A DNA stretch of 64,000 nucleotides from Scenedesmus sp. PABB004. Taxonomy: Eukaryota. This document shows positions 22,001-34,719 of the stretch, piece by piece (position 1 is the stretch's first letter; each line of letters starts with the position of its first letter). The DNA lies in assembly GCA_014905635.1 (NCBI GenBank), contig JABVCE010000029.1:1-64000 (forward strand). Direction: 5' to 3'. Under the pieces are notes generated by a model that worked only from the letters and a program-made list of their open reading frames with translations, was not told the origin of the DNA and did no database searches. The translations under genes were made by a program, and so were the position numbers.

Positions 22001-25000
22001 AGCCCCTCGACGACGACTCACGCGCGGCGCTCGGCGAGACCGTCGTCGGCATGGCCTCGCGCGGCCTGCGCTGCATCTGCCTCGCCGTGCGCCGCCTGCC
22101 GCACGACGACGCGAGCCGGCCGGCCGACTTCTTTGACGACGCCGACAACCTCGACACCGGCCTGACCGCGGTCGCGATCGTGGGAATCAAGGACCCGGTC
22201 AGGTGGGGAGGCCGCGCGCGGCGGCGGGGCGGGCGCACCGCCGGGGGCCGAGAGGAGGAGAGGGGGCGGCGGCGGAGGGCGGCAGGGCAGCCGGCCGTGC
22301 GGCGGCGCGCGCCCGACGACGCCCCCGACCCGCGCGTGTGCCCCGACCCTGCGCGCCGCCGCCGCCGCGCCGCCGCGCCGCGCCGCGCCGCAGGGCGGAG
22401 GTGCCCGCGGCGGTGGCCAAGTGCCAGCGGGCGGGCATCACGGTGCGCATGGTGACGGGCGACAACATCCACACCGCGCGCCACATCGCGCGCGAGTGCG
22501 GCATCCTCACCGACGGCGGCCTCGCGCTCGAGGGGCCGACATTCCGGGCCATGCCCATCGTGGAGCTGCTGCCCATGCTGCCCAAGCTCCAGGTGCAGCG
22601 GGGCGTGTGTGGCCGGGCGGGGCTGCCGCGGCGGGCTGCCGGCCGGCTGGCCCCGTGTGCTGCGCGCGCCGCGCGTGCGTGCGCGAGCCCACCCGCCGCC
22701 GCGCTCGCCGCCGCGCCCGCCGCGCAGGTGCTGGCGCGGTCGAGCCCCGAGGACAAGCTCACGCTGGTGAGCCTGCTGAAGCACCACGGCGAGGTCGTCG
22801 CGGTCACCGGCGACGGCACCAACGACGCGCCCGCGCTCAAGGAGAGCGACGTCGGCCTCGCCATGGGCATCGCCGGCACAGAGGTGCGCGGCTGCCTGGC
22901 CCCCGCCGCCGCCGCCGCACGCCCTCCCACCGCGCCGCACTCCCTCTCTCTGCCACCGCGCCGCACCGCCGCACACGCCGTCCCTCACGCCGCCGTCGCG
23001 CGCCGCTGCGCACTGCCTCGCGCCCGCCAGGTGGCCAAGGAGGCGGCAGACATCGTAATCCTGGACGACAACTTCAGGTGCACCCCCGCCCGGCATTGCG
23101 CTGCGCTGCGCTCGCCGCGCCGACGCGCGGGATGGCGCTGCGCTGCGCTTGCCGCGCCGCCGCGCCGCTCAGCCGCCGCCGCGCCGCCGCCGCCGCCGCC
23201 GCCTCGCCCGCAGCTCCATCGTGAAGTGAGGGGGTGGTCGAGCGCCGCGCTGCGCGCGCCGCCCGCGCCGCCCGGCGCGCCGCACCGCCGCCGCTGCGCC
23301 GCCCGGTTCGCCGGCGCGGCCGCACCGCGCGCCCGCCTGACGTCACCCCGCACCCCGCGCCCCACGCCCCGCGCCCATCCCCCATCCGCGCAGGAGCGTG
23401 CTGTGGGGGCGCAGCGTGTTTGCGTCGATCCGCAAGTTCCTGCAGTTCCAGCTGACCGTCAACTTTGTCGCGCTCGTCGTCTCGTTCGTCGGCGCGCTGG
23501 TGGGCGGCCGCATGCCGCTCAACGTGCTGCAGCTGCTCTGGGTCAACCTCATCATGGACACCATGGGCGCGCTCGCGCTCGCGACGGAGACGCCCAGCCC
23601 CAAGCTCCTGAACGACAAGCCCGCCGGGCGCTCGGTGCGCTGCGCGCAGCCCCTCCCGCGCCCCCGGGCCCCCGCGCCGCGCGCCCGCCTCGAGCCACCG
23701 CGCGCTCGTGACGCGTCCCCCTGTCTCCCCTGGCCGCCGCCTACCTCACCTCCGCGCGCGCCCCTGCCCGACCGCCGCCGCCGTCGCCGCCGCCGCGGCC
23801 TGGTCGGTGCAGGAGCCGCTGATCAACGGCAAGATGTTCAAGCACATCGTGGCGCAGGGCTTCTACCAGGTGCGGCGCCGGGGGCACGCGCGCGCTCGAG
23901 CGCAGCGGCCGCGGCCGGCCAGCGCGCTGAGCACCGCTAAAACCTGGTCCCGCCTAAATCCCTCAACCCCTGCACCCAAACCCCCTAAACCCCGCCGCCG
24001 TCGCCCTGCTGCTGAACCCCCGCAGCTGTTCTGGATGTTCCTCTTCCTCTACGGCCTCCCCGCCTTCCTGCCCGCCCGCTACGCCCTCACGCCCGCCTGC
24101 ACGCTCTACGCCAGGCCCGGCCTCTGCGACAGCGTCGCCACGGCCAAGGCCGGCCTCTCGCCGCCCGACGCCGCCGCGGCGTGCGGCGCAGTGCTCGGCT
24201 GCGGCCTGCCGTGCGCGGCGCTGGGGTCGACGTGCGCGCTCGGCGCGCCGGGCACCGTCGCGGCCGACCCACGCGCCGCGATGTGCGGCGGCGCCGGCTC
24301 GTGCCCCGCGTACGACAACTACAGGTGCGCCTCGCCGCGCCGCGCTGCGCCTCGCCAGCCGCGCTGCGCCGTGCCTGCTGCGACTGCCGCGGCCGCCCCG
24401 CCGCTCAGCCACCACTCCGCCGCCGCCGCCGCCGCTGCCGCCGCGCCCGCAGCGCGCTGAGCTCTGCGCTCGGCCGCGAGCTGGCCCACACGCACGACGC
24501 CGACTTCCTGCGCCTCGCGAGCGTGCTGTTCAACACCTTCATCTTTGCTCAGGCGCGCGCGCGCGGTTTTAGACTTCACGCCTAAACCCTGCCGCGCTGC
24601 GTGCGCTGCGCGCGCAGCACGCTGGTCGCGCCGTCCTCTGTGTGGCTGCGCGCTGCGCGCCGCCCTCGCCCGTGTGCACCCACCCGCGCTCACCAACGCT
24701 CCGCTCTCTCCCGCACGCCCACGCGCCCGCCTGCGCCGTCCGCCCTCCTCCTCTCTTCATCGCCCTCCCCTCCCCCTGCCCAGATCTTCAACCTCGTCAA
24801 CAGCCGCCGCATCAACGACGAGTACAACGTCTTTGAGGGCCTCGCCACCAGCCGCCTCTTCCTCGCCATACTCGGCGTCATCGTGCTCTGCCAGGCGCGC
24901 CCGCCGCCCGCCTGCCTGCGCGCGGCGGCCCGGCGCCCGCACGCCCGCGCCCCCTCCCCTCCTCCCTCCGCGCACCCCTCCGCCCTCCGCCCGTCCCTGC

Positions 25001-25508
25001 CTGGCCCCCCTCCACCGCCCATCCCCCCCCCCCCACACACACACACACGCACGCACGCACACAGGTGCTGATCATGAGCTTCCTGGGCATGTTCTTCAAG
25101 GTCCAGCAGCTCCGCTACGACGAGTGGCTCGTCACGGTCGCCATCGGCGCGGGCGCCATGCTCTGGTCCCTCGCCGTGCGCGCGCTGAGCCGCACGGTCG
25201 GGTGCGGCTGCGGCGCGCTCGGCGCGGCGGTCAGCGGCCGGCTGGCGCGCATGAACCAGGTCCGCACCAAGGCCATGGCCGCGGCGGACCGCGTGTACAG
25301 CAGCGCGGAGGGCCGCGAGCTCAGCGTGGCGCAGGCGGTCGGCCTCGCGCGCGGCAGCGCGGCGGCGCAGGCCGAGGCCGAGGCGGCCGCGGCGGAGGGG
25401 AAAAAGGAAAAGAAGGAGAAGCGCCGCGCAGAGCGCAAGGGCAGGGCGGGCACCCGCGAGGAGCGCACGCTCAGCGGCCGCTCCGACAGCGCGGGGTCCA
25501 TGCTGTGA
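19008..25508 (+). CDS. P-type IIB Ca2+-transporting ATPase (PMCA/ACA/PMC1-like), about 21 exons
   Basis: [83 protein letters not shown] and [11 protein letters not shown]. Confidence 0.97.
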
Positions 25509-26028
25509 TCCACAGGAGGGACGGGCCAGGGATGGGGCGTGGCGGGGAGCGGCGGGGGCGCACTCAAATCACCCAATCACCCAACCCCATGTGCGGGGCC
25601 GGCTCCAGGGTCCAAATCCAACCGCGGCGACGCATCATTGGAGCGCATTGCATGCCGCCAGGCATGTCGCCCGGCGCGGCAGTGGCGCCGCCGGCGCCAC
25701 ATCGGCGCGCGCGCGCGCGCGCGCGATATCCGGGACTTGACTTGGGGCGGCGGCGATGGCGCGTGGCCTCTGCCGTCCCTCGTGCTGTGCGTGCACAGCC
25801 TGTGCCTGCCCGTGTGGGGCGGCCGCTCCATAAACACCAACCACCACCAAGACGGAAACCCAACGGCAACGGAAACACAACCTGGCCGCGGAGAGGGAGA
25901 TGTGTGCGCGCGCCGAGCATGCGCGGGCCTCGTGCCAACGAGCGGCCGCTGTGCATCTAGTCTGGGCCGAGCGGGGGGCGAGCGGGGGTAACCTCAAGTT
26001 GTTCACCAGCAGCCACGCGCCCGCAGCG

Positions 26029-29000
26029 TCACTTGCCGCCGCCGGCCGCCTTCTTCTTCTTGGCCGCCCCCGCACCCGCGCTGGCCTTGGGGGCCTTGCC
26101 TTTTTTGCCGGGGCTGCCGCCGCCGGGCTTGCCGCCCGCCTCGCCCTTGATGGCCGCCAGCGCGGGCGTCTTGTCCGCCCAGCGGTGCAGCGCGTCGTCC
26201 ACGCCCGGCGCGACCGGCTGCACCTGCGCGGCCCGGCGGGCGGCCCCCGCCCTCTCGGTGCGCCGCGCGACGCGCGGCCCGTGCGCCCCGCGCGTGCCAC
26301 CGCCCGTGCGCCCGCCCCGCCGGCTGCGCCAGCACAACCGCCGCACCCGGCTCAGCCACTCCAGCACCTCCGCCACGTCGACCGGGCAGTCGCGCAGGCG
26401 CTCGCGCCGCGCGGGCGTGAGCATGCCGCCCACGACCGCCGCGAGGCCGCCGCCGGCGTAGCCCTCGCTGAGCTGGGCGAGCGTGGAGAGGTCAAAGTCG
26501 TACGGCAGCCGCGCGCCGGCGCGCGCAAACAGGCCCGGCCAGATGAGCTGCGCGCGCGCGAGCGTCGCGCGTGGGCCCGGGGCGGCGGGCGACCTTACGT
26601 TGGGGGCGGCGGGCGGGGGCGGCCGGGCGCCACACACGCCACGCACACCCCGCACACCCCGCACACCCCACAGCCGCGCACCCGGCGCGCCGCGTAGTCT
26701 GGCAGCGGCAGCAGCAGCGCCTTGCTCCAGAAGCCCCGGAACGCGCGCTCGTCGCGCTTGGCCGGCAGCCAGGGCGCGCCGCTCGCGCCGACGACGAGCA
26801 CGCGGTCCCCAGGGGCCAGGCCCTTCACCTCGCGCAGCAGGTCCTTGCGCAGTCGGCTGAACGGCTCCTGCGCGGTCCGCCGCCGCAGAGAGAGCTCAGA
26901 CGCGCGGCGGCCCGGGGCGCGCGGCTCGCGGCGCGAGTCCCGCGCGCCGCCGCCTGCGCGCGCGCGGCTCGCGGCGCTGTTGAGACCCGCGCTGTGCCCC
27001 TCGCACCGTGCCGGCGGCCTCCCTGGCACGGCGCTTGTCGGCGTCAAAAACCTTCTCCACCTCGTCGATGAACACCACCGCCGGCGCCATCGTGCGCGCG
27101 ACCTTGAACACCTGTGCGCCGCGTGCGGGGGCGCCGGCGCGCGGCGGCGGGCGGTGAGGGTTAGGCCCACCTAAACCCTGCGGCGGCAGGCGCCGCAGGG
27201 TTTTCTCTCCGCGCGCAGCGGCGCGGGCGATGCATGCCGCAGCGCCGGCGGGCGAGGCGCTGCGAGTGCACGCGCGCGGCTAGTCAGTCTTGTGCAGCGC
27301 GCGAATGAGAGCTCGGGCGCACCATGTGGGCGAGCATGGCGACCGCCTTGCCCGGGTAGTGCCCGTCCGTCACGCGGGGGGAGAGGTCGAGGAAGATCGA
27401 CCCGCTCAGGTGCGCGATGGCCTGTGGCCCGAGCGGCGCGGGCGGCGGCGCGGGCGGCGCGGCGGCGGCGGTGGGGCTGGCTGGCTGGCGCGTGCTGGGC
27501 GTCGAGGGCATGCGCCGCGGCCAGGCTGTGGCGGCCGCGGCGCGGCGCGGCGCCCCGCGGGCGCGCGCGCGCCTGCGCGAGGGTCGTCTTGGCCGTGCCC
27601 GGCGCGCCGTAGAGCAGCAGGGTCTTGACGTGCGGCAGCCGCTCGTGCGCGAGCGCGCTACCGAGCGGCAGGATGCCAAACTCGGTCACCGCGCCGCGCA
27701 CCTGCCGGCACAGCGTGCGGCGCGCGCGTGATGGGCGTGCTGTGACGCCCTGGGCACGGGGCAGGCAGGCAGCTCGCGGGCTGCGGCCGCACCTGCGCGA
27801 GCGAGGGGTCGGGCAGGATCCCCGCCTTCTCAAGCGTCGCGCCTGCGGTGAGCATCGACGCGGCGGCGCACCCCGGCGGCTCAGCTCGGCTGCGGGCCAG
27901 CCCGCGCCTACGCCTGCGCACGGCCCCGCGCGCTGACAGCACACACAGCACACACTCACCCATGTAGCTGCCGCAGCCCAGATAGTCTGCCAGCTCGGCG
28001 CGCGGGCAGGGGCGCAGCACGCCGTGGCCGGCCAGCTCCGCGCACAGCGACTCCATGGACCGGTCCGCCTGCGCGGCCAGGGCGCCGGCGCGAGAGAGTG
28101 AAATGGAGGGGTGGGCTCGCGGGACGGCTAGCGGCCGCGAGCCCCCCTGGCCACGCCGCAGCGGGCCAGCGCCCGCTCTGGCCCGCCGCTCTGCCCCGCG
28201 CACCGTGGGGTCGGCCTTCCTCTTCTTTTTCTTGCCCCCCTTGGCGCCCTTGGCGCCCTTGGCGCCCTTGGCGCCCTTGGCCGCGCCGTCTGCCGCGGCC
28301 TTCTTCTTTTTCTTGCCCTTCTTGGCGCCGTCGCCCTTGGTGGCCTTGGCCTTCTTGCCCGACCGCGCGGCCGCCTCGGCCGCGACCAGCTCCTTGAGGT
28401 TGGACAGCAGCACCCGCATCTCCTCGTCCACCTTGCAGCGGCGCCGGCGGCGGCGGCGGTGCGCACGCGCGGTGTCAGGGCTGGCGCCAGCACCGGCGCG
28501 CCGGCTACCGGCCCGCCCGCGCCCCAGTGCGCCCGCGCGCCGCGGCCGCGCCTGCAGGCGGATCTCCTCGAACACCAGCGGCCGCAGCTCGTCCTTCAGC
28601 AGCTCCTCGTCGTGCCCGCCCGCCGCCCAGCTGCCGCCGCTCGGCGCGGGGCGCTCCTGCCAGCGCGTTATGTACTCCGCCACGCACGCCTCCAGCAGCG
28701 GGATGAACGCAGACGGCGCGACCTCAACGCACCCGCCGCCGGCGCCGCCGGGGCCGCCGCCCTCCGCGCCACCTGCGCGGCGCGCGGTGAAAGGCGGCGC
28801 GCGGTGAGAGCCCGGCGCGCCGAGGGCGCGAGCGCGCCGCGTGGGCGCGGGCGCACACCCTTGGGGGCGCCGCCTGGCTTCGCCGCGGCGCCCCGCTTGG
28901 CGCTGCCCGGCTTGGCGCTGCCGGCCTTGCCCTTGCCGCCGCTGGCCTTGCCACCGCCGGCCGCCGCCGCCTCGGCTGCGAGCAGCTGCTCGGGCGTGGG

Positions 29001-30354
29001 AGCTGCGGCAGGCGGGCGGCCGGGGACGCGCGTTGGGCGGCGTCCCTGCACGCGGCCGCCAGCCTGGGCCGCACCTCGCCCCGCCGCCCTGCGCGCTCGC
29101 CGTCGCCGTCGCCGCCGCACCCTGCGGGTTGAGGATGGCCCGCGAGCCGCCCGCGTCGGCGCTGGGGAGCTGCGGGTACTCCCCCGTGCTGGGGTCGCGG
29201 TGAGCGATGAACCAGGCGTTGATCTGGCACACACAGCGGCGCAGGCGGGCGGCGCGCGGCGGGCGGCGGGCGGGCGGCGGGCGGTCGCAGCAGTCGGGCA
29301 GGCACTGGAGGGGCGCGCGCTGGTCGCGGCGGCTGCGGCGCGCAGCCGTGCGCGGCGCGCCGAGCGCGCCTTGTCCTGGATCGCCTCCCGCATGTCCTCG
29401 CCCTCGCTCTCCTTGACCTTGGCCCTCACCGCCACAATGGCGTCCTCATACCTGCGGCGCCGCCAGGAGGGCGGCGTGGGGCTTAGGGCGAGGCGCGGCT
29501 GCGCGCCTGCAGGCGGAAGCGGCGGCGGGCGCGCCGGCTGAGCCCCGGCCCCGCCGGCAGCGCGTGGCGGCCGCACCGCCGCAGCGTGCCGTGCTCGGGG
29601 TCCAGCAGCTGCTGCTTGCGCGCGAGCAGGTGCCGCGCCTCGATGGCCTGAGGGTCGGCCCTGGGGTCCACCGGCTGCGCGGCGCGACCGGCGGGGGCCC
29701 CGCCGTCAGCGGCCGCGCAGCAGGAGCTCGGCGACCGCCCGCCGGCTGCTTTGCCGCGCAGGGCTCTGCAGCCACGGCCCCTCCCACCTGCGGCCGCATG
29801 CCCACAAACACCAGCTCCTGCTGCGCCTCCTGCCGCACACGCGCGCGGCACAGGTGCCCGCGCAACGCGGCCTGCGCGGCGCGGCGGGAGCGGCGGCGGC
29901 GGCAGTGTGGCGCTCACCAGGGGTCTGCGGCAGAGCCCACTTGCCTGCTGCTGGCGCCGCCGCCGTGCGCCCGCCGAGGCCACGCCGCGTGCGCACCTGG
30001 ATGCGCGTCGCCGCCTTGTGCCTGCTCAGCGGCACGCCCGCCTGTCGCCGGCGCTCCTCGAGCGCGCGCGCGCGCTTGGCCGACTCCTCCAGCTGCAGCT
30101 GCTCGCGCGCCTGCGCGGACGGCCAGCAGCGGCGGCTCGGCGCGGGGCCGCGCCCGCTGCCGCGGTGCGCCCGGCCGTCGGCGCGGCAGCTGTCTGGGGG
30201 GCGCGGCGCCGCGCCCGCGCCGCCGCACCTGGCGCTCGTTGCCGATGGTGACCGCCACGGCCTCGTCCAGCGGCGGCTCGCCGTTTGATGGCGGCGGCGG
30301 CGGCGGCAGCGGCTGCTGCCCCGCGTCGCCGCCCGCTGGCGCGTCGCCGCCGCC

Positions 30355-30430
<76 letters not shown>

Positions 30431-31286
30431 TGCGGCTGCCTGCTGCTGCTTCTCCAGCAGCACCGCCAGGAACTTGTCGCGGTCGCTCAGCTCCTGCGGC
30501 CGGGCGCGGCAGCTCGGCCGCGCCGCGCCGTGCGCGCCGTGCGTGCCGCGCTGTGCGCGCTGCGCGCGCTGTGCTGCGCGCGCCGCCGCACCCGCGCGCG
30601 GTCCTCTATGAAGTAGCGCGGCACCGGCACCTCCAGCGCGTCGGGCGTGAGCTTGAGGTCCACGAGCAGGTCGTCCAGCTGCACGCAGTCGAGCCCGCGG
30701 TTGAGCTTCACCTGCGGCCCCGCAGCGCGGCGCAGCGAGCTCGCCCGCGGCCTGGCCCGCTGCCGCGCAGCGCCGCGCAACGCCGCGCAGCGTCGCACAG
30801 CGCCGGTCCGGTCCTCGGCCCGCACCATCCAGTGGCGGACCTCGAGCATGCGGCCCATGCACGCCTCGAGCGCGCGGCGCATGTCCTGGCGCTTCTGCGG
30901 CTGCAGCGTCTGGTCGTACGCCGTCTCCAGCTTGCGGAAAATGGACAGGTAGCGCACGTACAGCACCGCCCAGTCGGCCAGGTCCTGCGCGCCGGCGCAG
31001 AGTTCACGCGGCGCGTGCCGCAGCCGCCGGCCGAGCGGGTCGCCGCCGGCCCGCACCTGCGGCGCGAGCGCGGGGTCCTCCGGGCTCTCCGCCTCCACCT
31101 GGTCCAGCAGCTCCATCATCGCCTCCCGCCACATGATGTCAAACGTGCTGCGCGGGCGCGGCCGCGCGCGCTTGACCAGCGCCGCGCGGCGCGCGCTGCA
31201 GCGGCGGCGGCGCCCCGCGCCGCGCGCCGCGCCGCGCCCCGGAGGCCCCGCCATCGCGTGTGTCGCCGCACTCACACGTTGGCCAT
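26029..31286 (-). CDS. DRC11: IQ and AAA domain protein (dynein regulatory complex subunit 11), about 21 exons
   Basis: N-terminus MANV/TFDIMWREAMMELL, YDQTLQPQKRQDMRRALEACMGRMLE, LKLTPDALEVPVPRYFIEDR, IQ motif AATRIQ/AALRGHLCR, Walker A GAPGTAKT and Walker B VFIDEVEK. Matches IQCA1/DRC11 as I recall it. Confidence 0.88.
30356..30430. repeat. (GCC)n trinucleotide run, about 25 units, read as poly-Ala in DRC11
   Basis: Uninterrupted cgccgccgc... run, with an apparent frameshift at its edge. Confidence 0.9.
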
Positions 31287-31626
31287 GGCGGCGGCGCCGC
31301 CGGCGGGGGCGCGCGCCGCGCTTGCCGCTGCGCGCCGCTGCTGCGGGCTTGCGCCGGCGGCGGCGTGGCCTGGCCGGGCTGGGGGGAGGTCAACGTGACG
31401 GCAGTGGCGCGTGGCGGAGCTCGGGTGCTTTGTGGCAGGTCGAGGGGCACTCGAAGCGCCAGAGGCGCGGGCGCCCGTCGAGCAGCCCGCCTGCCCGGCC
31501 CCTGAGCCTCACCAGACGTTTTTCCAGCTGCTGAAGCCGCGGCGCAGCCTGGTTCGGCGCGTGCGCCAAGCACCAACGCGCGAGGTGCCTCCAACAACGC
31601 AAACGAATGGCCTGACCGCGCCCCTG

Positions 31627-32782
31627 ATGACGCCCGAGCGCTACCTCCTGCTGTCAGAGTGGGCGCTCGGTGCCTGCGGCGCAGGCCGCCGCCCCGCGCG
31701 CCTGGCGGCGGCGCCGCACAGCGCCGGCGGCGCCGCGGCCGCCGCGGCGCTGCAGGCCGCGGGCAGCGCCGCCTGGGGGCGTGGGGCCGCGTCCGCAGCG
31801 CCTGCGCCGACCACCGGCGGCTGGCGGCCCTGCTGGCGGCGGCGGCGCAGCTCGCGGTGCGGGCGCCGGCGGGCGGGCGCTCAGGCTGCTGACCGGGCAG
31901 CGACGCGGCGCGCGTGCGGCAGCGCCCCCTCACCCGCGTGCCCGCCCGCCCCGCGCGCAGGCGGTCGCGTACGTCGCGCGGCGGCTCTGGCGCCACGCGG
32001 CGGCGCAGCTGGCGGTGCACCGCGAGCTGCGCGCCGCGAGCGAGCGACTCTGGCGGCTCGCGACGCAGGGCGCCGAGGCGGCGGGCGCGCTGCCGGCGGA
32101 CCTGGGCAGCCCCGACGAGCACGGCGTGTTTGAGCACCGCAGCGGCGGCGCGGCGCTCTTCCTGCGCCAGGGCGCGGGCGGGCGCTGGGAGTGCAGCGCC
32201 GACCGCGCGCTCTGGATCCCGGCCGCGGCGGCCGACAGCCTGTGGACCCACCGCAGCCCCAGCCCCGCCGACCAGGTGCTGCTGCGGCGACTGGTCGTGG
32301 AGTCGACGCTCGCGGGCGGCGGCGGCGGCGGCGCGCCGGGCGGCGGCTGCGCGGGCGCGGGCGCCGCCGCGGCGCTGCCGCCGCTGGAGCTCGAGGCCGA
32401 GGGCGGCGGCGGCGCCGCCGCCGCGCGCGACGCGGCGCACCTCGCGTCGGTGCCGGCAGCCTTCCTGTGCCCGCTGAGCATGGCGGTGATGACGCAGCCG
32501 GTCGTGAGCCCGTCGGGCGGGTCGTTCGACCGCCCCGCGCTCATGGCCTGGATTCGGCGCTTCAACTCCGACCCGCTCACCGGCGCGCCGCTGCGCAGCG
32601 ACCAGGTCGCGCCCAACCTCGCGCTGCGCGACCTCATCCACGCCTGGGCGTCCGGCTGCGAGCTCGGGCGCGGCCTCGCCGCCCGCGGCGCGCCGGCGCC
32701 GCCCGCCGACGGCCACGCCGACGGCCACGCCGCGGCGGGCGGCGGCGCGGCCAAGCACGACGGCGTGCCGCGCGCGGCGTGA
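31627..32782 (+). CDS. U-box domain protein (putative E3 ligase); 5' exon structure uncertain
   Basis: C-terminal VPAAFLCPLSMAVMTQPVVSPSGGSFDRPALMAWI...DPLTGAPLRSDQVAPNLALRDLIHAW. TGTAA at 33156-33160 downstream. Confidence 0.75.
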
Positions 32783-33155
32783 GGCCGCGGGGCGCGGCGC
32801 GGCGCAGGGGGGCATTTGCTTGGCGGGGGCGGCAGCGCCGCAGCAGGAGGCTCGCGCCTGAACTGACTCGCTCACTCACTGACATCCTTGCGGGGCGCGC
32901 GATTGCACGCCCGCCCGAACGGCTGCTTGCGGCGCCCGGGCGCCTCACCACACACACATTGATTGCTTCCTTCTTCAACGCGGGGCGCATCCCCCCGCGC
33001 CGCGATCGTGGCGGCTGGCGATTGTCGCTCATTGCTGCCGCGCGCGCGCGTGCGGCGGGTGGAGGGGGGGGGACGTGTGGGGGTCGTTTCATCGCGCGTG
33101 CGGGCGAGCGGTCTATCGGTCCCGGTTACGAACGCCGCCGACGGCAGCAGGCAAG

Positions 33156-33160
33156 TGTAA
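33156..33160 (+). promoter_or_regulatory. TGTAA polyadenylation signal, probably of the U-box gene
   Basis: First TGTAA downstream of the stop at 32782. Confidence 0.5.
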
Positions 33161-33457
33161 AATCAGCATCACGCGTCATCGTCACGCGCCAGGCAGGCAG
33201 GCAGGAATCAGAGGCCCGCTCCGCGCGCGCAGGCGCCGCCGCTGCTGCGGGGTGGTGTGCGGGCGGCGCCGCGCGCCTCGCGGCGCGGCGGCTGCGCCCC
33301 CCGGAAGGCGCGCGGGACGGCCGCGCGCGGGAGCAGGAGGTCAGGAAGCAGGAGAAGAATGGGTCGGGCACGCGCAGAGACACACCAATACGCCATCGGG
33401 CAGCCCCGACCATCCGTCCAGGCGCGGCGCAAGCAAACCGGCGCGCAGTCCCGGCGG

Positions 33458-33917
33458 TCACGCGCTCATCCAGCAGCTCTCGGCGCTGACGTCCAGGCCG
33501 CTGAACCGCGCGGGGCGGGCCAGGCGCTTGGCCGCGACGCCCGCCGCGTCGGCGGCCTTCTTGGCGGTCCTGCGGCGCGCGGCGGCGGCGGCGGTGGGGG
33601 CGGTGGTCAGGAGCAGGCGCGCTCGTGCTGACAGGGATCCCCGCGCGCAGCCGGGGGGCGCGGCGCGCGGCTGGTGCGCGGGCCGGCGGGCGTCGGGGTG
33701 CTTTCGGAAATCGGCCAGCGACGTGCAGCACGCCCACGACCTCCCTGGCCCCCGTGCCCCGCCAGGGGCCGCGCCGCAGTGTGAGCAGCATGGAACCAGC
33801 GCGGGCGGGGGCGCGCGGGCGCCTGCGCGCGCCAGGAGCGCACCGCTGCATCGCGGGCTCCTTGGCGGCCGCCTGCGCGGCCTTGACCGCCACCTCGGCC
33901 GCGACCTTGCTGGCCAT
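33458..33917 (-). CDS. Two-exon microprotein (61 aa) of unknown function
   Basis: ATG at 33917, donor CG|GTGCGC at 33843, CTGAC branch and CGCAG acceptor near 33570, TGA at 33460-33458. Nearly all codons end in G/C. Product MASKVAAEVAVKAAQAAAKEPAMQRTAKKAADAAGVAAKRLARPARFSGLDVSAESCWMSA. Confidence 0.72.
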
Positions 33918-34719
33918 GTCGTGGGGGAGTGTCGGAGAGCGACGGGGGAGCCTGGGCGCGACGCTTGTCGAGCGAGAGTGCCGGGTCAAAGTCGCGGCCT
34001 GCTGCTTCCGGAGGGCGCGGGGGTGTGCTGGCCAGGTGGCGGGTGGGCTGCTTGTGCTGTGGGCGCGCCGGCGGGGGCGTTTTGAAGCCGCGCGCGGCGC
34101 CGGAACGCGAGCGGGCGCGGCCGTCGCGGCGGCGTAAGCTGGACCGCGGGGCGCAGCGGAGGCCTCTCGCGGCGTGAAAGGTCCGCGTCCGAGATGCGCC
34201 TGCCGAGGCCGCGCCGCACAACGCGGCCCGCCGCACGCCCGGCGCCGCGCGCTCGGGCGGCGCGCGCCGCTGCCGGCCGGGGCGGTCGCGCGCGACGGCG
34301 CGTGCCGCCCGCGGGCCTGACTCATCGACCGGCAGGCCTGGACAGCCGAGTAGCACCAGTGGGAGCAACCCGGGGAACGCCGGCGCGGGGGCCCACCCTC
34401 ACGGGCGTCGGGCGGCGGCGGCGGCGCAGCCCTCTCAACCGCCGGCGCCGCCGCCTGCGCCCCGCGCCCCGCCAGCCCGCTCCCGGCACGTCCGCCACAC
34501 CCCCCTGCACGCTCCGCACGGCACACACCAAGAAAGCTGCTGCCCAACCAAAGGCTGCTGCCCCACGCCGTCCGTCCGCGCCTGCTCGCCTCACGCCCTC
34601 GCACACAGCAGACACACCGCCGGGCGCATGGCCCGGCGAGCCTCGGCGTAGGGGCCGGGCGCGGGGGTCGATGCTGCTGCTGCTCCGCCAGCTGCTCGCA
34701 GCCCAAAGCAGCGGCCCCG

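Noticed and set aside
33570..33843. Long structured-looking intron of the microprotein gene as a riboswitch or snoRNA
   Set aside because: No TPP core motifs and no convincing C/D or H/ACA boxes with a terminal stem.
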